Source: Armatimonadota bacterium (GTDB lineage: Bacteria > Armatimonadota > UBA5829 > DTLH01). Taken from it: a DNA stretch of 64,000 bases. This document shows positions 21,308 through 32,821 of this stretch, piece by piece. A model generated the notes under the pieces. The model was not told the origin of the DNA and did no database searches. It saw only the letters and a list, made by a program, of their open reading frames with translations. Numbering within the stretch: the stretch's first letter is position 1; every line of letters begins with the position of its first letter. The translations under genes were made by a program, and so were the position numbers. The stretch covers positions 1-64,000 of the forward strand of contig JBBRAE010000011.1 in NCBI GenBank assembly GCA_038207085.1, in the 5' to 3' direction.

Positions 21308-21518
21308 AGTGACGATACTCCTTCCAGATGGCCGCCCGCGGGCCCACTCACCGAGCGCGCTCAGCGTTGTTCCAGAAGTCTGTCGCATCGGATGCGTCTG
21401 GCTCCTGTTTTGGAGTCATTTCCGACCTGTCGGGCCTGCCGTTTCAGGTGTCCCGCTCAGATTTCGACAAAACATTGCCACCGTTACATGTACATACTAG
21501 TCTTCTATTGCCCGAACG

Positions 21519-22394
21519 TCAACCCTGTCCGAACCCAGCCTCACCGGCGGCTCGTCCAATCGAGCGGTTTACCCGTTCCCCTTCGATCACCATCCACCTC
21601 ACCGCGGCAGTCGCAAGGGAGACCATTGGGTAGAAGCTCTGGAACATATCGACGATCCTTCGAGTGTCGATTCCAGCGTTTTCGAGACTTATGGGGTAGG
21701 GGAGTTCCTGAGCGCTTTCGATCGCGAGCGCAGAAAGCGTCGCCGCTTCGTCGATGAACGTCGGAGAGTGCATAGCGGGCCGCAGGTCGTTCCATATCCT
21801 GCGCAGGAACGTCGGCCACTCGGCGAGCATCAGAAAGTCGTCCGGGATTGCCGGAACGCGCACGGCGTCCATCACATCGAGGAAAATCTCTTTCGTATCG
21901 GCAGGCGCCTGCTCCAACATCACCCGGCTGACGCGGGTAGGGAACTGCGGCTCGGTTTTTGTTATTTCCTTGGGCCTCGATCTAACAATTTTGGGGTTGC
22001 TGATGTTGTGCAGGCTGACGTACATCGCCGCGTTCGCGAGAAGCAGTTTGGAGTTGACGAAATGAAGCATCTCAAGCGCGTAACGGATATGGCGCACGTC
22101 CTCACGGCTGAAATTGTGCTCCCCGAGCCACGCGAAGACATCATCGAACTCTAGCGTAGTCTCAACAGCCCCCTCGCTGTTCCTCCGCAGTTGTCCGGCA
22201 AGGTCGGAGAACGCCTGGGTCTCGATGTTCCTTCTGATCTGCGGCCAGACGGCTTCAAGAACACCCTCCCGTGTTGCCAATGACCTAAACACCATCCCAA
22301 CAAACGGGACCGCAAGTGTACGCTCGATGTTTGTGTAAATGTCTTTAGTCGCGCCGTGCGCGTGTGACTCCTCGATAGTAGCTATGACACGCAT
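21519..22394 (-). CDS. Halocarboxylic acid dehalogenase DehI-family protein
   Basis: Internally duplicated helical fold (IY..I...L.VPFV..VFR.LA....L...W and IF..V...VRVP....DF..LAEWP.FL...W), NSKL motif. Confidence 0.7.
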   Translation of the reverse strand: MRVIATIEESHAHGATKDIYTNIERTLAVPFVGMVFRSLATREGVLEAVWPQIRRNIETQAFSDLAGQLRRNSEGAVETTLEFDDVFAWLGEHNFSREDVRHIRYALEMLHFVNSKLLLANAAMYVSLHNISNPKIVRSRPKEITKTEPQFPTRVSRVMLEQAPADTKEIFLDVMDAVRVPAIPDDFLMLAEWPTFLRRIWNDLRPAMHSPTFIDEAATLSALAIESAQELPYPISLENAGIDTRRIVDMFQSFYPMVSLATAAVRWMVIEGERVNRSIGRAAGEAGFGQG

Positions 22395-22510
22395 TTCGTG
22401 CCCCCATTCCAGTGATTTACCGATGGCTATGTTCCCGCCTACCAGCCACTCTAATCACCAAATCCGGCACGAAGTTACTAGCTCAAGTGCTATTTATTCA
22501 CAAATGTACG

Positions 22511-22548
22511 AAAAAAAAGGACGGTCCCTCGATTGGAACCGTCCCTTC
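22511..22548 (-). terminator. Intrinsic terminator of groESL
   Basis: GGACGGTCC/GGAACCGTCC stem with A8 on the + strand (U-tract on the minus strand), downstream of groEL. Confidence 0.8.
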
Positions 22549-22577
22549 TCTTATATAAACGAGCTATTCGCTCGAGA

Positions 22578-24209
<1,632 letters not shown>

Positions 24210-24227
24210 TCAACCCTCCTCGCAAGT

Positions 24228-24515
24228 TTATTCTTTGATTGCGAAAATGGAGTCCTGATCGAGGATAATATAATCCTCACCAGCGACAGAGATCTCGGTC
24301 CCGCCGTATTTGGCGAAGATGACCGTGTCTCCTTCTTTGACGTTCATCGGAGCTCGTGAGCCGTCCTCAAGCACTCTGCCTGGTCCGACAGCGACGACGA
24401 CGCCTTCCTGCGGCTTTTTCTTCGCGGTATCCGGAAGAATAATCCCGCCCGGGCTCTTGGCCTCTTCCTCGGTCGCCTTCAGGACGACCTTGTCACCTAG
24501 GGGTCTGATAGCCAT
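24228..24515 (-). CDS. groS: Co-chaperonin GroES
   Basis: [38 protein letters not shown]. Confidence 0.98.
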   Translation of the reverse strand: MAIRPLGDKVVLKATEEEAKSPGGIILPDTAKKKPQEGVVVAVGPGRVLEDGSRAPMNVKEGDTVIFAKYGGTEISVAGEDYIILDQDSIFAIKE

Positions 24516-24579
24516 TGTCTAATCCACCTCCAGTATTTGATATGAATAGCGGTGGTGCAAGCACCACAATTACTCTAGT

Positions 24580-24606
24580 TTAGCACTCAACGGGTTCGAG
24601 TGCTAA
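24580..24606. promoter_or_regulatory. CIRCE element (HrcA operator)
   Basis: Perfect TTAGCACTC-N9-GAGTGCTAA upstream of groES. Confidence 0.97.
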
Positions 24607-24609
24607 CGC

Positions 24610-24639
24610 ATTTTAGAATACAGGGGGTATGGTTGTCAA
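24610..24639 (-). promoter_or_regulatory. Sigma70-type promoter of groESL
   Basis: Minus strand TTGACA-18 nt-TAAAAT immediately upstream of CIRCE. Confidence 0.75.
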
Positions 24640-24670
24640 GAGTTTGGGGAGGAATAAGTTGATCGCGTAA

Positions 24671-24806
24671 GTTCGTCCGGGGAATCCGTCCCCGGATGCC
24701 ATTTAGGGGAATCTTTCTCCCCACTTACTTGCCGAGTATAGTCGATCATTGGGTTGGTGGACGGAATCCGCGAAACAGGGTTGGGGGACGGATTCCCCCG
24801 ACCAAC
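24671..24806. repeat. REP-like inverted repeat pair (23-nt arms) with degenerate internal copies
   Basis: GTTCGTCCGGGGAATCCGTCCCC (24671-24693) versus the reverse complement of 24784-24806, GTTGGTCGGGGGAATCCGTCCCC (21/23 match). Confidence 0.6.
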
Positions 24807-24818
24807 ATACGTCATTCC

Positions 24819-26081
24819 CTACGATCGAGCCGCAATAACCTTCTCGCCGTAATCCGAGACTACTTTCATCCAATCGGTCCCAACCGGCACACCGGCTTTG
24901 TAGAGGAAATAGTTCCAAACATCCCCCGACGGCATCGATTTCAGTTCCTCGAACATGGCAAGGCGCTCAAACAACCTGCCGGAGTCTTCGTAGCCTCGAA
25001 GTGTGTCCGTCGGCTCAAGGAGTGCCAGGAGAATCGCGCGCTGTGCGGCACGGGAGCCCGTCACCCACGCGCCGACCCGGTTCAGGGTCGCATCGAAGTA
25101 GTCGAGGGCTATGTGGACCCTGTCAAGGCCCGCGCGGACGACTTCACGGGCGAGGCTGTATAGCTCGTCGCTTCCGATCACCACGTGGTCGCTGTCCCAA
25201 CGCACGCCCCGGCTCACATGCAGGAGCACCTCCTCGGCGAAAAGCAGGATCGAGCTGATCTTGTCGGCCACGGACTCGGTCGGGTGGAAGTGGCCCATAT
25301 CCAGGCAGACCATCAGATCGTTCTTCAGCGCATATCCCATATAGAACTCGTGCGAGCCTACGACGAAGCTTTCACTGCCGATACCGAAGAGCTTGCACTC
25401 GACTGCGTCTGCGAGTGTGTCGCCGACCTTCTCCGAATAGATCGCATCAAGGCTTGCGCGAAGCCGCTCGCGGGGGGCGTAGCGGTCGGCTGGGAAGTCT
25501 TTGGAGCCGTCGGGGATCCACAGGTTATGGATACAGGTCTGGCCGAGCTCCTTGCCCATATACGCGCCGACTGCGCGTGCCCGCTTGCAGTGTTCGATCC
25601 AGAACTCTCGCACGGAGCCGTCGGCGCTGCTCAGGGTGAACCCGTCGTTTGCGAGCTGGTGCGAGAAGAGCGTCGCGTTGAAGTCGAGGGCGATACCCTG
25701 AGTCCTGGCCCAGTCGATCCAGCCCTGGTAGTGCTCCGGCGCGATCTCATTTCGGTCTACCTTCTTGCCGCCGAACTCTCCGTATATCGCGTGAAGGTTG
25801 AGGCGATGCTTGCCGGGGATCATCGCGTAGGCCATGTCGAGGTCGGCGCGAAGCTCGTCTGCGCTTCTGGCTTTGCCCGGATAGTTCCCTGTCACCTGTA
25901 TGCCGCCGCCGGAAAGCTCGGAATCAGGCGTCTCAAACCCGCCTACATCGTCGCCCTGCCAGCAGTGAAGCGAAAGCGCGACCCGTGAAAGCTGCTCTAT
26001 CGCCCGGTCTGTATCTATGCCGATCTCGGCGTAACGCTCTTTGGCTGTGAGATATGAGTTCTCAAGTCTCTTTGTGATCAT
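24819..26081 (-). CDS. rhaA: L-rhamnose isomerase
   Basis: SLHCWQGDDVGGFE, TGNYPGKAR, NLHAIY, WIPDGSKD, KLFGIGSES, GHFHPTE, HVSRGVRWDSDHV. Confidence 0.96.
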   Translation of the reverse strand: MITKRLENSYLTAKERYAEIGIDTDRAIEQLSRVALSLHCWQGDDVGGFETPDSELSGGGIQVTGNYPGKARSADELRADLDMAYAMIPGKHRLNLHAIYGEFGGKKVDRNEIAPEHYQGWIDWARTQGIALDFNATLFSHQLANDGFTLSSADGSVREFWIEHCKRARAVGAYMGKELGQTCIHNLWIPDGSKDFPADRYAPRERLRASLDAIYSEKVGDTLADAVECKLFGIGSESFVVGSHEFYMGYALKNDLMVCLDMGHFHPTESVADKISSILLFAEEVLLHVSRGVRWDSDHVVIGSDELYSLAREVVRAGLDRVHIALDYFDATLNRVGAWVTGSRAAQRAILLALLEPTDTLRGYEDSGRLFERLAMFEELKSMPSGDVWNYFLYKAGVPVGTDWMKVVSDYGEKVIAARS

Positions 26082-26232
26082 AGGTCTCCCTTGATAAGAC
26101 AGTATGCTACTAAGCTACTTTGACTCGGCGCTCTCTGTTTCCTTCAATGCGCTTCGAATATTGCGATGTCATCTGGATTACAAGTTGGTTAAATATTGAT
26201 GTAACCAGCTCTGCCATATTGACGTCAGTATA

Positions 26233-26254
26233 ATAGTTAATGCACATTAAGTAT
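26233..26254. promoter_or_regulatory. Palindromic operator, probably for the operon's MarR
   Basis: ATAGTTAATG-CA-CATTAAGTAT overlapping/adjacent to TATAAT (26229-26234), upstream of the efflux operon. Confidence 0.55.
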
Positions 26255-26280
26255 ATTGATAAACTGCTCAGAGGTTGTAT

Positions 26281-27840
26281 ATGAAACGTTGGTTAGCTCT
26301 GTTGATTCCGGTGTTGGTGCTCGGGTCTTTGATCGCGTGGCGGCTTGGTGAGAAGCGAGATGCGCTTGCCCAAGAGAACCAGGTGCGAATGGCTCGATCC
26401 AAGAGCCCTGCGGTCGTCGCGGTCGCTCCTGCGGAGGTTCGCGATATCGTGAGCGTATATGAGGCGTCGGGAAGCGTGGAAGCGCCGATGAGCGTCAACA
26501 TCGCCCCCAAGATTACTGGCCGAATAGCCTACTTGGAAGCGCGCGAAGGTGACAAGGTAAGAAAAGGCGAAGTCCTGGCACGGATCGACGCCTCCGAGGT
26601 CGAAGCCGGGGTCCAGCAGCAGATGGCGAACGTTGCCGAGGCCAAATACAGACTCGCTCAGGCACAGATCAACCAGAACCCGACCGATGTCGGCATATCA
26701 AGCGGCATACGCCAGCAGTCGGCGGCTCTTGGGAGCGCAAAAGCCGACTATTCTCAGGTTGAGCAGAACTACAAGTCCGAAGTAGCCGCCTCCGAGGCGT
26801 CACTTTCAGACACAAACTCCAAGGTCGCTGGCGCAAAAGCCTCTTTTGCAAGCGCGCAGGCCAACCTGGACAACGCGAAAATCAAATACAACCGGATTCA
26901 CGAGCTTTACACTCAGGGCTATATCGCCGCACAGGACGTTGACGACGCCAAAGCCGCGCTTTCCGTGCAGCAGTCGGGTGTGCTCGCGGCACAGGCGCAG
27001 ATCGATTCGGCGATCGCTCTGAAATCGGCTGCAAGCGAGCGGCTCAGCATCACCAAAACCAAAGGTAAAGCCGATATCGAGTCGGCCAAGGCGAAAGTCG
27101 CCCAAGTTGCAGCATCGCTCGACAGCGCGAACGCGAACACGGGCCAGAAGGCGGCGTACAGGCAGAGTATCGAGGCACTGAAGGCCTCCGTAGCCGCAGC
27201 CGAAGCCGGTCTCGCGAGCGCAAAGGCCAAACGTGCCGACACCGTGCTCGTCTCTCCTCTTGACGGGTTTGTCACGGGGCGGCACTCCGACCCCGGAGCG
27301 ATAGCATCCCCGACGCAGCCCGTGCTCTCCGTTCAGTTTATCAACCAAGTTTGGGTGACGATCTCCGTGCCGCAGGACGTGTGCGCGAAGATTCACATCG
27401 GCCAGCCCGCACGGATCACCTTCGATTCGTCACCGGGCAAGGTATTCTCTGCAAGTATCGTCCAGATCAACCCCTCGGCGAACGCCGAAAGCCGGCAGTT
27501 CACGGTGCGGGTGATTATGGAGAACCACGGCAGCCTTTTGAAGCCAGGGATGTTTGCCAGGGTCAGCCTTGAGACAGATCGCGTCGAACATGCGATAGCG
27601 GTGCCACGCGAAGCAGTTCAGCACGGCAAGCAGGGCTCATTCGTCGTCTTGGTCGGCAGTGATAAGAAGGCAAAACGCGTTCCTGTTGCGACGGGTGCTG
27701 AGGACGATACCTACGTCGCCCTGCTCTCTGGTGCCCGTGCCGGAGACAAGGTTGTCACTATGTCGGCGTTTCCTGTGAAGGACGGTCAGGCGGTTGCCGC
27801 AGGCGGCGGTCGCCCTCGCGGCGGAAAGCGCGGGAAATGA
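26281..27840 (+). CDS. RND efflux periplasmic adaptor (membrane fusion protein) with long coiled-coil hairpin
   Basis: N-terminal anchor, APKITGRI...EGDKVRKGEVLARID lipoyl motif, SPLDGFV, LKPGMFARV. Confidence 0.92.
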   Translation: MKRWLALLIPVLVLGSLIAWRLGEKRDALAQENQVRMARSKSPAVVAVAPAEVRDIVSVYEASGSVEAPMSVNIAPKITGRIAYLEAREGDKVRKGEVLARIDASEVEAGVQQQMANVAEAKYRLAQAQINQNPTDVGISSGIRQQSAALGSAKADYSQVEQNYKSEVAASEASLSDTNSKVAGAKASFASAQANLDNAKIKYNRIHELYTQGYIAAQDVDDAKAALSVQQSGVLAAQAQIDSAIALKSAASERLSITKTKGKADIESAKAKVAQVAASLDSANANTGQKAAYRQSIEALKASVAAAEAGLASAKAKRADTVLVSPLDGFVTGRHSDPGAIASPTQPVLSVQFINQVWVTISVPQDVCAKIHIGQPARITFDSSPGKVFSASIVQINPSANAESRQFTVRVIMENHGSLLKPGMFARVSLETDRVEHAIAVPREAVQHGKQGSFVVLVGSDKKAKRVPVATGAEDDTYVALLSGARAGDKVVTMSAFPVKDGQAVAAGGGRPRGGKRGK

Positions 27841-27841
27841 T

Positions 27842-30800
27842 ATGAGTATTGCAAGTTTCGCTGTAACCCGTCCCGTTGCCGTCACGATGCGGATCGCCGC
27901 ACTGGTGCTTCTCGGCACGGTATGCTTCTTCAGGCTGCCGGTCGACCTGCTGCCTGATGTGACGTTTCCGACGATCTCTGTCACGACCCAGTGGCCCAAC
28001 GTTGCCCCTGAGGAGATCGAGGCGCAGGTAACAAGACCGATCGAGCGCGCCGTCTCGCAGTCGCCGAACATGTATCAGGTGAGCTCGAGCAGCACGGAAG
28101 GAAATTCGACCGTTCGTATACAGTTCCGTTGGGGCACCGACATCGGTCGCGCCGCTGTCGACGTGCTGCAGCTCGTAGAGCGCGCCCGCAGGAGCTTTCC
28201 ATCAGATCCGACGCTTCAGACGCCGATCGTCACCAAGATGGATCCAAACCAGATGCCGATCCTCGTCTTCGGCGTGTCCGGTATCGACGACCCGGTGAAG
28301 CTTCGGACGCTTCTTGATAACCAGGTCAGCCCCATCATCGACTCGGCCAACGGTGTCGCGTCGGCTACGATCACCGGAGGTCAGCAGAGGGCAATCATTG
28401 TCGATGTGGACCCTATGAAGCTTCAGTCCCACAGGCTCTCTCTTCGGGACGTGACGACCAGAATCGCCCAGGAGAACATGAACCTCCCCGCAGGCATCGG
28501 CAAGCAGGGGAAGACCGAGTATATCATCCGTAGTCTTGGCTGGTTCACCGACCCTGACGAGATCAGGCGGATTCCACTGGGTTCGTTTGACGGCCAGCTC
28601 GTCTCGCTTGGTGATGTAGCCACAGTGCGCGACGCAAGCGACGAGCCCCGCATATTTGCTCGAATGAACGGCAAACCGGCTGTCAGCCTGATGATCACCA
28701 AGCAGAGCGGAGTAAACACCGTAGCGACCGCCAAAGCCGTCTTCGAGAAGATCGAGACAGTGAAGAAGCTTTATCCCCAGCTTAAGTTTGGTCTCGCGTT
28801 CAACCAGAGCCAGTTTATCGAGAACTCCGTCAAGAACGTCCGTGATGCGGCGATCATCGGCGGCATACTCGCCATTTTGATCCTGCTTTTCTTCCTGCGA
28901 AATATCAGGAGCACGCTCGTCGTCGCGCTTTCGATCCCGGTTTCGATCATATCCACCTTTGCGCTGATGTATATGTGCGGATTTACGATCAACACGATGT
29001 CGCTCGGTGGCCTTGCGCTTGCGACGGGACTTATCGTCGACGACGCTGTAGTCGTTCTGGAGAACATCTTCCGGCACATCGAGCGCGACAAGAAGAGCGC
29101 CCGCGAGGCCGCGATCTCAGGCACAAACGAGATTCTCTCAGCCGTCGTCGCATCGACATGGACAGTAATGGTCGTCTTCCTGCCGCTGCTTCTCATCAAG
29201 GGGCAGTCGGGCCAGATGTTTACGCAGTTTGCGCTCGTAGTGATCTTCTCGCTTGCGGTGTCGCTGCTTGACGCAACGACGGTCGTTCCGATGCTTGCCA
29301 CGAGGCTTATCTCTGGTGAAGCGCACGCCGAAAACCTCGCAAGCGCCGCATCTCACCCCAATGTCTTGATGAGGATCTTTCACCGTTTCGGTGAGTGGCT
29401 TGATGCGCTTGACTCGGTCTATCGCAAAGGCCTGCAGTGGGCCATCCATCGTCGTCTGCTTACCCTCGGTATCGCAGGCGCTATCACCGCGGGAAGCTTC
29501 GTCCTTGTTCCGTTCATCGGAAGCGAGCTAATGCCGATGTCTGACAGCGGTGACTTCAATATAAGCATCAAAATGCCTGTTGGGACCGCTCTGTCCGAGA
29601 CAGACAAGGCGATGCGCCGAATCGAGGGGATTCTCGCGAAGAACCCCAATATCGAGACTGCCCTTGCTACGATTGGCTCAGGGGGCAGGGGTGGCAGCTC
29701 ACCCAGGCCTTATCAAGGTTCGTTTACGGTGAAGCTCAAGAAAGACTGCAAGGTGCCGACCGTTGACGTGATCGCCTCGCTTCGAAAGGACCTCAAGCGT
29801 CTTCCCGGAGCAAATGCACGGCCAAGCCAGAACGACATCGTCTCCCGGGTCATGTCCGGTGGCGACCAGAACATAGAGATCGACATATTCGGCGAGGATC
29901 TCGCGACTCTTTCCTCTCTTGGCAAGGAAGTGACCGGGCGCGTTCGTGCGATTCCGGGCCTCGAAAACGTCGATGTGAACTGGCAGGAGGCTATGCCTGA
30001 GATCCAGTGGAAAGTAGACCGTGACAAAGCCCAGCAGCTGGGCCTCAGCTTCTCGGACATCGCAGGGACGATCAACACCGCGACCAACGGCTCAATCGCG
30101 AGCTATTATCAAGAAAAGGGCTTCCAATACCCAATCATCGTCGAGGTGCCTGCATCTTATCGAAAGACCGTCTCCGAGATGAGCGACCTGCCCATCGCCG
30201 GTAGCAAAACGGGTGGCTTGTCCCAGCAGATAGTGCTGAGTCAGGTCGCGACGCCTTCCTACGGGCTTGGCCCAAGTGAGATCACACGCCTCGACCGCCA
30301 GCGCTACATCGCCGTGACCGGTGTTCCTCAGGGGAGGTCCGCCGGTGAGGTGCAGGCCGATGTCGCTGCGGCGATCAAGGACCTAAGTCTTCCGCCGGGA
30401 TACTACTGGGACTGGGGAACGAACCAGAAGCGTCGCGCTGACGAGTTTGGCGGGATGGGCCTTGCGGTGATCCTCGCGATCGGCCTCATCTATATGCTGC
30501 TCGCGTCTCAGTTCGAGAGCTTCATACACCCGCTGACGATTCTGCTGTCGGTGCCGCTTGTGGGTTCGGGTGTGATACTCGCGCTGTTTTTGTCTGACCG
30601 CTCGTTCGGCCTTACAGCGTTTGTAGGGCTTTTGATGCTGGTAGGTATCGTCGTCAAGAACGGAATTTTGCTCGTTGACTACACAAACACGCTTCGGGCT
30701 CGAGGAATGAAGCGTGAAGATGCGCTCCTTACTGCCGGACCAACCCGGCTTCGCCCGATCCTGATGACGGCTTGCGCCGCGGTGCTTGGTATGCTCCCGC

Positions 30801-30970
30801 TCGCGCTTGGGCTGGGCGACGGCTCCGAGGTTCAGGCGCCGATGGCAACGGTTGTGATCGGGGGGCTTCTCACCTCGACCATCCTGACGCTGTTCGTCGT
30901 GCCCGCAGTCTACTCGCTCCTTGATGACGCGGCTCTTATGTGCAGGCGCAAGGAGAAGGCTAGTGAGTGA
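27842..30970 (+). CDS. AcrB/AcrD/AcrF-family RND permease
   Basis: RPVA, LPVDLLP, GLIVDDAVVVLENI, GIVVKNGILLVD, RLRPILMT. Confidence 0.96.
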   Translation: MSIASFAVTRPVAVTMRIAALVLLGTVCFFRLPVDLLPDVTFPTISVTTQWPNVAPEEIEAQVTRPIERAVSQSPNMYQVSSSSTEGNSTVRIQFRWGTDIGRAAVDVLQLVERARRSFPSDPTLQTPIVTKMDPNQMPILVFGVSGIDDPVKLRTLLDNQVSPIIDSANGVASATITGGQQRAIIVDVDPMKLQSHRLSLRDVTTRIAQENMNLPAGIGKQGKTEYIIRSLGWFTDPDEIRRIPLGSFDGQLVSLGDVATVRDASDEPRIFARMNGKPAVSLMITKQSGVNTVATAKAVFEKIETVKKLYPQLKFGLAFNQSQFIENSVKNVRDAAIIGGILAILILLFFLRNIRSTLVVALSIPVSIISTFALMYMCGFTINTMSLGGLALATGLIVDDAVVVLENIFRHIERDKKSAREAAISGTNEILSAVVASTWTVMVVFLPLLLIKGQSGQMFTQFALVVIFSLAVSLLDATTVVPMLATRLISGEAHAENLASAASHPNVLMRIFHRFGEWLDALDSVYRKGLQWAIHRRLLTLGIAGAITAGSFVLVPFIGSELMPMSDSGDFNISIKMPVGTALSETDKAMRRIEGILAKNPNIETALATIGSGGRGGSSPRPYQGSFTVKLKKDCKVPTVDVIASLRKDLKRLPGANARPSQNDIVSRVMSGGDQNIEIDIFGEDLATLSSLGKEVTGRVRAIPGLENVDVNWQEAMPEIQWKVDRDKAQQLGLSFSDIAGTINTATNGSIASYYQEKGFQYPIIVEVPASYRKTVSEMSDLPIAGSKTGGLSQQIVLSQVATPSYGLGPSEITRLDRQRYIAVTGVPQGRSAGEVQADVAAAIKDLSLPPGYYWDWGTNQKRRADEFGGMGLAVILAIGLIYMLLASQFESFIHPLTILLSVPLVGSGVILALFLSDRSFGLTAFVGLLMLVGIVVKNGILLVDYTNTLRARGMKREDALLTAGPTRLRPILMTACAAVLGMLPLALGLGDGSEVQAPMATVVIGGLLTSTILTLFVVPAVYSLLDDAALMCRRKEKASE

Positions 30971-31439
30971 TCTGACACGAGAACAGGCAATGAAGTTCGT
31001 CGACACTATGCCCAGGGTAATGCGCCGCCTGTTCGCGCTCGACACGAACGACCCGGCATCTGAGCTTCCGATAGGTCAGCTCAAGCTCTGCATCGTGCTT
31101 CGTGACGGCTCACGCACGACGTCTGAGGTGAGCCAGGAACTCGGCATTTCGCTGAGCGCCGCAACGCAACTCGCCGACAGGCTAGAGCGAACGGGGCTGA
31201 TCGAGCGAGCCTGCGAAGCAGAGGACAAACGAGTGAAACTCCTCAGGCTTTCACCCTTGGGAGAGCGAGTCATGAGAGAGCGGCGCGAGAATAGGGCCGC
31301 AAGGGTGGAACAGGCGATTTTGAACATCTCCCCTGAAGCCCGGTCGGCTCTTATGACCGCGCTTGATATTCTTAGTGAGGCGACCGATTCCATCGCGCCT
31401 TCAGAGAACACTTTGAAGTTAGTTGGTGAAGAGATTTGA
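30963..31439 (+). CDS. MarR-family transcriptional regulator
   Basis: SEVSQELGISLSAATQLADRLERTGLIER HTH, DKRVK wing; GTG start after AAGGAG, overlapping the RND stop. Confidence 0.88.
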   Translation: MSDLTREQAMKFVDTMPRVMRRLFALDTNDPASELPIGQLKLCIVLRDGSRTTSEVSQELGISLSAATQLADRLERTGLIERACEAEDKRVKLLRLSPLGERVMRERRENRAARVEQAILNISPEARSALMTALDILSEATDSIAPSENTLKLVGEEI

Positions 31440-31468
31440 GCACGATTCTATATAGAAAGACAGAAACC

Positions 31469-32821
31469 ATGTCAGTAAAGACCGTCCTAGTGGCGCTAAT
31501 GATCCCGCTATCGATATCATCGTTCGGCCAGACGCCTCCTGTGCAGCCGAAAGTCCAGTCCGTGGTGATTCCCGCGGCTGTGACGATTGCTCCACCACAA
31601 AATGCTCAGGACGAAGCGCTGAACAAGCCGCTCACAGCAGAAGAAGCTGCGTTGATCGCCCTAAAGTATCAGCCCGATGTAACCCTGGCTCGTGCAGAGC
31701 TTGGAGTCACGCAGGGGAAGAGTGGGCAGGCGCGCTCTGGGCTTTTGCCGTCGTTAACCGCTGCGGGGAACTACAGCAACACCCACGGAACACTGGGCAG
31801 TGGGCTGGCAAGTAATGACTACGGAGCATCTGCGCTGGTCAAACAGCTCATCTTTGACTTTGACCACACCCGCAACCTGGCGCGGCAGGCGGGAGCCAGG
31901 GAGAGCTCCGCTGCGGCAGGCCTCACTCGGGTGCAGTCCGACGTTGTGCGCACCGTGAAGCTGGCGTTCTACACCTATCAAGAAAAGCAACGCCTCGTTG
32001 AGGTCAACGCCTCCGAGCTTGCCAACCAGCAGAGCCATCTCGCTGCGGCCAAAGCGCGACTTGATGCAGGAATGGGCCTCCCGGCCGACGTTGTGCGCGC
32101 CGAAACCGCAGTCGGAAACGCCGCCTTTAACTTGAGCCTCGCAAACAATGAGGCGCTGATCGCGAGAATCACCCTCGCCGAGCTTATGGGGATAGATCCC
32201 CGCACTCCCCTAAACGCCACCGGCAGCGCAGAGCCGGTCCCGCCCGACTCAACTCTCGATAATCTGGTCTCAGACGCGCTGGACAACCGTCCTGAGATGC
32301 GTCAGGCGAAGCTGAACCAAGAAGCCGCCACTTACGGGCTGAACGCCTCCAAGACAGGCAATTCTCCTTCGGTTGGCGGGAATGCGGGATGGGCAGGGAG
32401 AGGCGAGGACCCGTCCATGGACAGCCGGTCGCTCTCCTACGGGCTCACGATACAGTGGCCGATCTTCGACAGTGGGCTTACCAAGGGGCGCGTGCTGGAG
32501 TCTCAGTCGACGCTCACTGCGGCCTCTGCGCAGGCTCAGTCGACCCGCCTGTCGGTAATATCTCAGGTGTCTCAGTCGTATATCACTCTGAAGACTGCCG
32601 AGCAGCGCGTCACGACCGCCGATGCCCAGGTTGCAAACGCCGAAGAGTCGCTCAGGCTGATCGACGGACGCTACACTGCGGGGCTCGGGACGTTTCTTGA
32701 CGTGCTGGGCGCTCAGACCGCGCTTCTTACTGCTCGGACGAACCGCGTAAACGCCGTTTCTGAAGTGGACCGTGCCCGGGTGGCGCTGGTCTATGCCATC
32801 GGAGCCACGCGACTCCCTTAG
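31469..32821 (+). CDS. TolC-family outer membrane efflux protein
   Basis: Signal peptide, two OEP repeats (GLLPSLT...QLIFDF; WPIFDSG...RYTAGLGTFLDVLGAQ); start may be 31436. Confidence 0.9.
   Translation: MSVKTVLVALMIPLSISSFGQTPPVQPKVQSVVIPAAVTIAPPQNAQDEALNKPLTAEEAALIALKYQPDVTLARAELGVTQGKSGQARSGLLPSLTAAGNYSNTHGTLGSGLASNDYGASALVKQLIFDFDHTRNLARQAGARESSAAAGLTRVQSDVVRTVKLAFYTYQEKQRLVEVNASELANQQSHLAAAKARLDAGMGLPADVVRAETAVGNAAFNLSLANNEALIARITLAELMGIDPRTPLNATGSAEPVPPDSTLDNLVSDALDNRPEMRQAKLNQEAATYGLNASKTGNSPSVGGNAGWAGRGEDPSMDSRSLSYGLTIQWPIFDSGLTKGRVLESQSTLTAASAQAQSTRLSVISQVSQSYITLKTAEQRVTTADAQVANAEESLRLIDGRYTAGLGTFLDVLGAQTALLTARTNRVNAVSEVDRARVALVYAIGATRLP

Noticed and set aside
19700..22500. Genomic island integrated at tRNA-Sec
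   Set aside because: No integrase and no duplicated tRNA 3' end found by eye; the next gene is housekeeping serC
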